Below, piece after piece: positions 49,801 to 61,800 of a DNA stretch of 64,000 bases (within the stretch, counting starts at the first letter, position 1; each line of letters opens with the position of its first letter). Under the pieces are notes generated by a model. The model had not been told where the DNA came from. It saw only the letters and a program-made list of their open reading frames with translations, and did not search any database. Both the position numbers and the translations under genes were made by a program. Source of the stretch: Endomicrobiia bacterium (GTDB lineage: Bacteria > Elusimicrobiota > Endomicrobiia > DTEH01); assembly GCA_039630545.1 (NCBI GenBank), contig JBCNUU010000004.1, forward strand, positions 77,207 to 141,206. Direction: 5' to 3'.

Positions 49801-52800
49801 TACCAGTGCGCGTAATTTTGAATCCATTAAGGTAAGCAGTATATTCTTTTGTTCTTATTTTTATTCTCAACATTCCGGCATTAGGTTGTCCTTGATATAC
49901 AAAAGTAGACCTTCTTGTCTCCACAGAAGCCGCGATGTCTTCTACTAAACAATACACCTTTGCTTCTTCTCTCTTTATAGCTGAAGTGTCTGTAAATATT
50001 CTGAAGTTATTTGCTGCTACACGTGCTACACCAACAGTAGTAAGATAGTTATGATTGTTAATTTCTAATCCGAGATATGTACCGTGCTGTGCAACTGTAG
50101 AGATTCTTACACATAAGAAATAATTCTTTGAAACATTTGAAATAAATTCACTCATCCCTGTAAAGTTCCAGGCATTAGATACTGGATCATATACACCAAC
50201 TTTCACAAGTGGATCTGGAGAAGTTCCACCAAGTACCGCTTCACCTTGGAATTTACCATCACCATTAGCATCATAATAAAGACCTATCCATACATCCTGT
50301 GCCAAGGCTGTTCCCTTTTTGTCAACTCTAAGTTGTGTCCAGGTAGCTGATTCTGCAACCTGCTGTGGTAGCACTCTTAAGTTTAATCTTAACATTGGAA
50401 CGGGTGCTGGTTTTTCATAGGTGTTACCATCGCCCTGGAAAAGTGCTGTTTTACCTTGATAAATTGTTCCTTCAAGTAATTCTTGTTTTTTAGTATAGCT
50501 ATCATCGCAAGTGGATTCAGAATTATCAGCATCACCATATGCAACAGGTGCGAGGTCTGCTGGCTCAACCACAATACCACAGGTAACAACATCATCATCA
50601 GAATGTACAGGAACTTCTCTTAATATATCTCCTGTATAACCATAAATTTTATCAGGATCTTCGTCTGGCAAATTAATTGTTGCGTAGTCAGTAACAAACA
50701 CTTTAAGTGTTTCCTGGATTTGATCAATAACTTGTAATCTATTATATACACCAGCATCTGTCTTTACAAAAGTATAGTAAGTTGTTAGACTTATAGCATC
50801 TTTTAATATAACCTTTTCTGGATTACCTGAGTGAGTAAACACGATTGTGCCTTCGTACCACTGCCCATTTATATAATCACCAGCTGCAACATTGCCGTAT
50901 CTATCTCTTGCTTTTACTGTTAAAAGACCAGGTTCATGGACTCTTAACGGATTAGCAATTGTAAACGGATGATGAATTGTAAAATACTCAATAGGTGCCG
51001 GTGTGATATAATGCGTTTGATACATAGGAATTAATGTTCTTCCTGAAGAAGTTCTTCCTGAAATTTTCATAGTATGCGAACCAACTATAGTATCAAAATA
51101 ATAGAAAGTTCCAGAATCACTACCAGCTGGTATTAATACTGGTAACAAATTACCACCACCTGTCATCAATGTCCATCCAGCACCATCTAGGTCTTGAGTT
51201 GGGTCAACAGAACCATATGCTTGTGGTGAATCAATTACTTCAACAGACAATATGATATTTTCTGTAGATACAGTTACATTTCCAAACTTATCTCTGATTT
51301 CTACCGTAATTCCTGTAAATAAAGGTTCTCCGTGTTTCTTTATAACCATCTTGCCACCTTTTGCAGAAACAGTAATTGTAGAAATGTCAGTTCCTGTACC
51401 ATCAAATTGTATTGTAGTTCCTGCAATAAGTCGTCTTGGAGGTGTTACAATAGCAGGATAGTGTGGTAAGTTAGGAAGCACCCTATAAGCTCTTCTACCC
51501 TGTGTCCATAAACCTGGATTTACTATAGTATCTGCAAATAAAGTATGAGTTGTATCGTAGACTCCATACCTTACAGTAGCAAGTGTATCAATTAAATAGA
51601 AAGATGTGGTTCTATCTCCTACTCTGAAGTACGCAATTGCTTCATCTACTGTCCAGCTTGAGATAGAAGGTAAAGCAAATTTTACACTTCCAGTTGAAGA
51701 AGAAACTATTTTTATTCTTCTTGGATTATCACCAGAAACATCTGCTTCAAGAACAGGTGCTATATTCCCATAGAAATCTTCTGTCGCAAGCATCATTACC
51801 TGAGAGGTTACACCTGCAGTTAAAGTTGGTATGTAATCAGGGTCAGGTGGAATACTATATTTACCATAAATACCTAACCTTCTTATTCTGTCAGGCATAA
51901 TGAGAACTGATTGTTGAGCAGAAGCCCATGGAGTTCCGTCTCCTTTTTTGCCTAACGGTGTTGCAATAACTATTGGATATGTATTACCTACAACACTATA
52001 GTTTTCAGATGCATTTGTATCTAAGTAGTAGAATTTTTTATAGTATTCATTTGTCTCAATAACAAAGGAGGTTATTGAAATTTCAAAAACAGGTGGAGTA
52101 CCATAGGCTGGACCTCCTGTTGTTTTGCTTGAAAGTGAAAAAGAATAAGAATCATTAAATCTGGAAGTTTCTCTTATAGAAGACAACAACACAACAACTG
52201 GATAAGTGGTCCTTACAGGGTTGTTCCATCTATCTTGCAGTTCTACTTCCAACTCTAAACTATTTGGTCCAGGACCTATAGATGTGTATTCTTTCGGTGA
52301 ACCGGCTGTTAGTTTTCTTTGTGGATTATCAAATGCAGCTTTTGTGATTTCGTCAGGTTTTACTAACAAATCAAAAGAAGCCCACCTTGCTGGTTCATTA
52401 CCAAATGCTTGAATTTGTATTGTCCATTTTCCGGTTTGCGGTCTTCCGTCTTCGTTTTCTGGAATAGATGACATTTCATCATAGTATATTATTGCTACAG
52501 ATGTGGATTTAATGGAGTTGTAAAACCATATAACATAATCAGGTCCTAATGTGTTTTCTGCACCCGGAGAAGATCTGAAATCCCATTGACGCTGAGGTTG
52601 TTGTTGTTTTGCAAGTGAGTTTGTAACAAGTTGGGCCCAGGTATCACCTTGATATGTTGGATTGTCAAACTCATCTCTTCTCTGAATGACAATATACGGA
52701 GTTTCATTTCCTGCAACAAGTTCTAAAGGAGGATTTAGTGCTACTAGCCTATATGGTGTTCCTCCTATTGTGGTAATTTTTCTTGTAACTCCAACTATTC

Positions 52801-55800
52801 CTCCTGTGGAAAATTTAACCTTTGCAGAGTCTCCAAGTTTATGAGAACAATAATAGTAAAGTGGTGGATTTAGTCCAACAGCACCAGATGAATCTGTAAC
52901 AGCATAAACCACAGGCTCAGGTGGTTGAGAATCTGAAGCAGGTGAGGTGTAAGAGACAACTCCTGTTGAACCAACAACATCTATAACTTCAATGTTGACC
53001 GGTACACCACTAGATGGTACAATATTCGCATAAGCATCAGAAAGATAAGCAACAATCTGGAGTTTGCCCCAATCAGACCTGGTGCCTGCAGGAACTTTAA
53101 TCTCATAAGGATAAAATTCAGTCCCTGCTGTTGCAGTAGTTTCTACAACAAAGAAACTAGCAGGTGGTCCTGGCTGAACAAAAATGTAGGTATAAAGTGG
53201 TCCGTGTTCTCCTTCTTCACCCTGAATATTTGGATTAGGATCGCAAGGACGTTCTGAAGATATTAAAGTATTTAATGGGTTTGTCTGATATGTCTTTATC
53301 CATCTCTGTCCTGCTTTCTTTAATACAATTCCGCTAAACAGTTTTTCACCGCGATCGGCTAAAGTCCAGTCATATTCAGAAGGAAGTTCTGGTGTCTGTG
53401 GTGATGGGAAGTACTCTCCATCAAATTTTACTCTATAACCACCTAAAGCATAGGTTGTCCAGTTTATTCCTGTAGAAACTAAATTATCATATTGATCTCT
53501 TAACTGAACTTTTGCTGAAAAACCAGTTCCAGCAACAACTGTTGATGGATATTCTACTATATGCATATGGTGAACTACTGCCGGCCATATTCTTATGAAA
53601 GAAGAAATTCCAGATTGATAGTGTGGTGGCTGACCATCAATATCGACTGCTGTTAAAGTCCATGAGGAGGTTGCATGTAGAGGAACTAAGGTAAAATTAT
53701 TCGCACCATCAATTAGTGTTTTAGCTGCTGGTTCTGAATCCTTTGGATCCCATGTGTTAATCGCTACAGTTGGCATTGGCCAACCAGTTCTTACACGGTT
53801 GTTGTAGTTGTCTACAAGGTAAACCGTTGCAACAAAACTCTGGCCTGCTACATAATCTTGAATTCCTCCTGTTTTACCATATGGAGAACCTTGTATGAAT
53901 GTCTCATCAGGAACCAACACCAACAACCTTGTAGGAGTTGAGGGATTAACTGTAAATGTTGGCGAAATATCTGATTGATATAAAGGTTCTAAACCATCTA
54001 CATCTTCTACAACAAGATAATGCCAAGTGGCTGCTGTTCTTAAAACTATTGGGAATAATCCCTGTCCAGAACTTAAGGGTTCTGTTGAAGGTTCTATATC
54101 AAATGGATCTGCTGTCCTTATAGCTACTTGTGGCTGTATGGAAACATCCGTAACTAAGTTGTAATATGAATCTACTAACCTAACAGTTGCATACCACAAC
54201 TCTCCTGCTGTCATAGATAATGGAGAACCTATCTTACCATACGGTGAAATATTATACTTCCCAGGAACAGGTGTTTCACCAGGTAGTATAAGCTGAAGTT
54301 TTACTGCATTCGCAGGTTTTACAGTAAATGTCGTCACAGCAAGATCTAAAGGATTTGCAGGGTATTCTTGATATAGTGGTGGGACACCATCTACATCTCG
54401 CACTCTTAAATAATGCGTAGAGGCTGTCACAAGTGTAAAGTCAAAATATTGTTTACCAGTGACAACATCCACATCTCGTCTTGGAGGTTCTGTATCATAA
54501 TTATCCAGTGGTGAATCTGCCTGTAGCGTAACGGAAACACCTGGCACCGGATTAAAATATGCATCAGTAATTGCTGTTGTAACACTAAACTGCTGTCCTG
54601 CAACTAATAGCTGCGGTTGCCCAACTTTTCCTCTTGGATGACCACCAACAAGCGTCTGTCCAGGAAGTACCAACAAAAGTTTTGTAGGTGTTCCAGGACC
54701 TACAAAAATGTTTTGACTTCTCCCAACTGATAAAGTTGGTTCAACACCATCAATGTCTTCAACATAGACAACCTTATCTGCTGTAGCAGATGATGCTGAA
54801 ACTAAAGTTACAGGTATAACTGCTGAAGAGTATACCACAAACTGTAAGTTATTAGAAGGAGAGTACAAATCATTAGTGTTAAGCTGTACAGTAGCACCTG
54901 CTGGTAAAATTGAAGTTAAGTTCCAGTAGTCATCAGTAATTCTTACTGTGACATTGAAAGAAACTCCAGCTGTCTGGTTAGAAGGTATACCTTGTTTTCC
55001 TCCATTTGTCGAACCAGGAACATACGGTGGTCTTCCTGGATCATAAACTTCTCCAGGAACACATACATGAAGTTTCTTTGGAACATTTGGCCGGACAGGA
55101 ATTAAAGATGAAACATGCGACTGAAGCGATGGAGTGTTAGGATCGTTGTCTATTGCTGTGATGGTTTGAGGTTTTGCAGTTCTAAAATCAACATTACACA
55201 CTGCAACTCCTCCAATCATAGAAATATTTCCTGGATCTGTATCGTAGTCATCTGAAGTTGTAACTGTAATTGTCTGAGAAACTGTTGAAACAAAATTATA
55301 CCAGTTATCCACAGCGTAAATTGTTACCTGGAAAGGAACACCTGCAGTCTGACTGCTTACAGAAATACTGCTTCTTCCTTCGGGTGGAATGTTTTTACCA
55401 TTTATTTGTTGCTGAGGTGGAACAACAACAAGAAGTTTTGCTGGAACATTAGGTATTACCGGAACTTCAGAAGATATTCCCATTGTATACCCACCACCAG
55501 ATGCAGTAATTGTCACAGAAGATGCTGTAACAAGTGTTAAACTAAATAACCTCTGTCCATTAACTAAAGTTAAAGCTGTGGGATGAGTATCATATGGATC
55601 TGAAGTCCACACTGACACAAGTGGCATAGGACCTTCTTTTACTCTATTCCAGTAAGCATCACAAAGATTTACTCTTATTGTAAACCCAACACCTGCTGTT
55701 TGGGTTTTTATAGTTCCTGTTTTCCCTAAAGAAGAACCAGGAGATTCTATCTCGTCAGGCACAATAACCTGAAGTTTCTGCGGGTTATTTGGTTTCACAT

Positions 55801-58800
55801 AAACTCTTGCATATCCTTTAGCTAATGTAGGTGAAGCGTCTATGTCTTCAGCTAATATCGTCCAGGTAGAATGCGCTGTAAGAAGTGTAACAGTAAATGT
55901 TGAAATTCCACCTACAAGAGAATTTTCAGAAGGTTCAACAACCCAGCCTGGATAAGGTTGGCCAATATCTGATGCATACTGAGAAATTGAAGGAGTTAAC
56001 TTTACGAGTGAAACCTCATCGGTCAACAGGTTATAGAAAGAATCAACAGCACGAACTGTTACTGTAAACGGTACACCAGCGATTTGAATCTGTGGTGTGC
56101 CTGTCTTACCACCTGTTCCACCAATTCTGTTTTGTTCATCTACATCGTATGGTGGCTTACCTGGAAGATAACTTTCCCCTGGCAGTGTGATATGAAGTTG
56201 TTTTCCCCATGTGGATACATTCACTGTAAACACAGATGAACGATAAGAATTAAGTAAAGGAGCGTCTTGATCTTCAGCTAAAAATGTATGTGTGCCTGCT
56301 GTTACTAAACTAAATGTAAATGTTTTAGAACCGGCTTCTAAACCATAAAGCTGTGCCGACACAAATGGATCTGTAGGTGTAACTTTTATAGCAGAAACAT
56401 CATTGTCTTGTCTGTTGTTGTAGTTATCTACTGCATGAACTAAAATACTGCGTGGTATTCCTGCAGTCCAACCCGCGGGTACTCCTGAAATACCATAAGG
56501 CAATGTTGCTGAAGGATGTGAGCTTGTCTCTCCCCATTCAGGTTGTTCTCCAGGCAAATAAATTTTAAGAGATGTTGCTGTGTTAGGATTCACTTTGATG
56601 TTTGAGGTTCTATAGTTTACAAGCGTTGGCAATATAGAATTTACACTTCTTATATACCAACCAGTATCATTTCTTGAAACCAATGTCCAGGATAATACAT
56701 ACTCACCATTTATTAACTGAACTTGTTTTTGGTCTGGATAATCCCAGGGATCGTTTGACTCTAAGGTAACAATTGGCTGTGCTGAAGTTTTATTCCACCA
56801 TCTATCAACCGCACGTATAGTAATGTTAAATGGTTGACCGGCTGTCTGAGCAGAAGGTGTGCCAGAAATTCCACCCATAGTAACTGTTTCAGAACTAACA
56901 TACGGAGGTTTTCCAGGTTGTGCTGTCACACCAGGTGGCAAGATTAGCAATCTAAATGGTGTATCAGGATTTATAGATATACCACCAGTGTAATCGGATA
57001 AGTATCCGGAAGCAGTAGCTGTTGCTACTGTGACCTTTGCAGCAGCAAATCTTACTGTAAAGGTAGTTGTTCCATTTATTAGTTCCTTCGTGCGACTTAT
57101 TCTGTATACCTCATAGTCTATATCCCAGTCATCAACTAAAACGGTTACTGTTGGAGAGGCGTTAGTAAGATTATAATAAGCATCACATGCGCGAACTGTT
57201 AAATCAAAATATGTACCTGCTGTTTGAGGATATGGTGTTCCTATTCTTCCACGACCTACAGTATAACCAGGAGTTGGCACTTCACCAGGTGCATAAATTG
57301 CCAGCCTTGTTGGCACATTGGGTTTAATAAATACAGCTGAAGAAACTCCTGGAGAAACACCTGATGCTTGAGCGGTAATTGTCCAACTAGAAGATGTTAC
57401 CATCGCAACATTTGCAAAGTTAGTATAACCAAGATTTAAAGCTTGTGCTGGAGGATGTGTGTCATATGGATCCTGAGTTAAAATTGACACTAACTGTCCA
57501 GAATACACAAGATTATAATAATTATCCACTGCAAATACTGCGACATTAAAGTAAATGGTTGTACCAGCTCTAATGATAGTTCCACCAGAAACAGGCACAC
57601 CTGCAGTTTGTACAATTGGTTCTCCTTCTTTACCTGAAGTTCCGTCATATGGAGGTTTGCCTGGAATGTATTTCTGTCCAGGAAGTATCACATGTAATTT
57701 TGTAAATGAAGAAGAGGTTACGGTAAATGTAGAAGAAATATTTGTCCAGTATAAACCTCCTGTGTCAGTTGCGATTATTATATGGTACTTAAATGGTTCC
57801 CAGTAAGGAGGATTTGTATCTATTCTTTCTTGCGATGCAGTGTAGATTACTTTGCTTATTATAGCTTCACCATTAACTGTGGACTGAACAGGTTCTGTAT
57901 CATATTCATCATAAGGAGTAATAAGTTTTACATTAGCGCCAGCTGTTGGGACTAAATTCCAAAGTATGTCTGTTATTCTTACAGCAACATTAAAAGGCTG
58001 TCCAGCTACCTGAGTATGTGGAGTTCCTTCCTTACCTTTGGTAGTGTTGGGTTTAGAAACTTCACCTGGTAAAAGACATTGTAGTTTAACAGGCGGACCT
58101 GGATTTACCCAGATCAAAGATGAATCCCGTCTTCCATAATAAGGAGGATTCCCATCAGTATCTTCTGCTGTAAGCCAGTGCCATGTAGAAGCTGTAACAA
58201 GTGTAACTTTGTATATCGTTGTGCCATTAAGCAATGGTTGATATGCTGGATCCCATCCTAAACCAGTTTCTGAACCTACACCATCGTTTGGATCAGAAGA
58301 TGTAAGTGTAACTCCTGGCTGTGCTGTAGGCACAATGTTGTTAAATCTGTCCACACAATTTACAACTACATCAAAACTAACACCTGCGGTCTGTTGCATA
58401 ACAATACCAGTTTTCCCAGACGGTGAGCCGGGTTCATGTTTCTCATTAGGAACAAGAATCAAAAGTTGAACAGCATTTGCTTCAGGTGTAACTTGAATAC
58501 CACCTACAAATGTAGCGGCGTACTGTTGTGGATCAGCATTGTGAATTGCATATATTGTTAACGATTCTTGCAATCCTTGATATAACGTTGCTCTTCTTAA
58601 GTTTATCGGGAATGACTTCATACCATTCTCAAGACCAAGCGGTGTGGGATCTAGATCATACGGATCTGAAGTCCAAACTTTTACATACGGATTATCAGCT
58701 GGGTTTATATTCCAATATAAATCACAAGCTAATACTGTAACCCAATATGTCACACCTGCGGTAAGATTCTGTGGAGTGCCGTCTTTTCCGCCAACTTGTG

Positions 58801-61800
58801 GAAAGTACGGTGGTTTACCAGGATTATGTGTTTGACCTGGTACAAGCAACATCAAATACTGTGCAGGTTGTGGTGTGACAGGTACTGTTGTTTGACCGTT
58901 TGCAAGTTTTTCATATGGTGGTACACCTTCGGTTACATCCTGTGCAGTAATTAGTGTGTTTCTATTTGCAGGATCAAGTGAACCACGGTTTGCTGTGATA
59001 AGTACTAAAGTAAATGTTGCGATACTTAAGTATTCATCTGTTGTAATTAAAGTTTCTGTTGAAGGTTCACTGTCATACGAATCGTCAGTTATTATCTTGA
59101 CTACACGGGATGATTCAGCTATGTTCCACCTTGAGTCTGTCGCGTGAACTCTTATTGTAAATGAGGAACCTGCAACTTGTACCTGTGGAACACCCTGTCT
59201 TCCAGTTGGCGAACCTGGTAATGGCTGTTCACCAGGTGCTAACACTAAAAGTTTTATAGGTTTTCCAGGAAGTACTTTTATGTTCGCTGAAGTATCCGGC
59301 TGCAAATATGGATTTGCAGCTGTTGGTGCAGTTGAAGCAGTTATTTTCCATCCTTCAGTTGTTGCTGTCGCTAAAGATGTATATATTGTAACAGTTCCCA
59401 TATTTGTTGCAGCATCTAGTGGTGGTTCATAATAAGGATCTGTAGCAGAAAGTCTTACAGTGGTGTTTACAACAGGCACTGGATTCCAGTATTTGTCAAC
59501 AACGTTTACAACTACTGGATAAAGGTCACCCGCATACCATGGCGTCGGGGTACCATCTTTACCAGAAGTGTACCATCTACCAGGTACTGCTGTCTCTCCA
59601 GGAACAAGTATTTGAAGTTTTGTTGCAGAACCATAATTTGATTGTATCGGAGGTGTAATATATCTTGTAAGTTCGTTACCAGCCGCTGTAGAAACAATAA
59701 TTTTGTACGATTCACCTACCCCTCGTCTAAATTCTATCTCAAATGTTGCAAAACCGTTAGTTGTTGATTTTGTTGCAGGGTGGATATCATACGGATCTTC
59801 AGTTGTGACACTAAGCAATGCTGAAGTTGAAGTTACTAAATTCCATCTGCTATCAGTTATAAATACTGTTAAAGTAAATGGTACACCAGCCTGTTGTGGG
59901 ACAACAGTTCCTGATTTTCCTGTAGGTGAACCTGGATTATAAGTTTCATTAGGTACTAATGCTAAAAGTTTTACTGGTGGCCCAGGATTCACTATTACCT
60001 TAGGCGATACATATTCTATCATACCAGAAGCAGAAACTGTCAGTCTCCAACCTTCAGTAGTTGCTGTAACTAAGTTTCTGTCAACAAAAATTCTTCCAGC
60101 AGTAATACCTAATGAATGAGGGTCAGGTGTGTCATATGGATCTTCAGTTGTAAGCGTAGCTGTAATGTTGGTATTAGTTACATTCCAGTAGTCATCACAT
60201 ACTTGGACTATTATAGTTCTTGTGGAATCAACAACCCAAGCCTCAGGTGTACCGCTTTTTCCTTCAGGCGAACCTGGAATCCAGGTTTCACCTGGTAATA
60301 TCATCTGCATCCTTTTAGCTACATTTGGTAATACAGTAATTTTAGGTGAAACTGCATCAGGATATGCAGGCTCAACACCATCAACATCACGAATTGTAAT
60401 TGTCCAACTTGAAGGTGTAACAGCCCAACCTGAAGTTCTAAACTGAATAACAAAGTTTGTTGCGCCTGCTATAAGCTGTTTACTTGAAGGATATACTGCA
60501 TAGGGGTCAAACTCGCCAACTTTTACAGGTTGCACCCATGGCATTGGTACACCTGAATAAATTCTGTTATAAAATTTATCAACAAGGAAAACATCTATTG
60601 TAAAGTTATTTCCAGCTATCTGATCTGATGGTATTCCTTGTTTACCATATGGTGCTGGATTAACACCATTTTCCCATTTACCAGGTTCATAAGTTTCACC
60701 AGGAACTATCACATGAAGTTTCAATTCTGATAACACATCTGTCTTCGGCTGAACTGTTACTACAGAAGAAGTAGAAGTATAAAGATATGGTGCATCAGTG
60801 TCAACTGCATAAAGATATTGCTGCCCTGCAGTAACAAGGGTCACAAAGAATATTGTTGCACCGTTTACTAATTGTTGAGTTGATGGATGTATATCCCACT
60901 TATCAGAGGTGTCTATTCTTATCCAGGATGTATCATTGACTCTATTGTAGTAAAGGTCTGTAGCATAAACTGTACAACCAAAAGATACACCGGCTGTTTG
61001 TACTATAGGTGTACCTTGTTTGCCTGTTGGTGAACCTGAAACTATTGTTTCTCCGGGAAGTAAAACAAGCAACCTTGCTGGATTATTTGGCAAAACAGTA
61101 AATACTGAAGAAATATTTGAATCCATCAAAGGTGGTGTGAGATCGTAAACTGTAACAGTTTGAGTCCCAGCGGTTACGGGAATAATTGTGAAAACAGTTG
61201 TGCCTTGTTGCAACACCAAGTTTGTAGGTTCAACGTCAAACTGGTCTGAAGTTGTAAGTCTCACAGTTGAAGATAGTTCTTCTACAGATTGCCAGTTATA
61301 ATATGCATCACAAGCGTAAATCTTAACATTATATAATGCACCGGCTGTGGCGTCTTGTGGAACTCCACTTCTTCCTAAAGGAGCAAGCGGAGATATATCT
61401 TCTCCCTGTAGTACAACTAAAAGTTTATTTGTAGCTGCAGGATTTATATTTATAACCGAAGAATTGTAAGAAAGATAATCCGGATGCGTAGCGTTTATAC
61501 TCCAGGAACCTGTTGTGTAAAATACAAGATAGTAATTTGATGTACCTTGTGTAAGTGTTACAAACTTAGGTGTTTTACCATCACCAGTGTAATCCTGGAA
61601 ACCAGCACAGTCAAGGTTGATGTTTGAAACACTATCCGTTCTTCTGTTCCAGTAATAGTCTGTGATATAAACTCTTGCTAACACATTTTCACCTGCTAAA
61701 GCAGAAGATACAGTTCCTTCCTTCCCACCTGTGGAATCGGTATATGGTGGTTTACCCGCACGTGCAGTTTCGCCTGGTAGCAACACTTGAATTCTATCAT

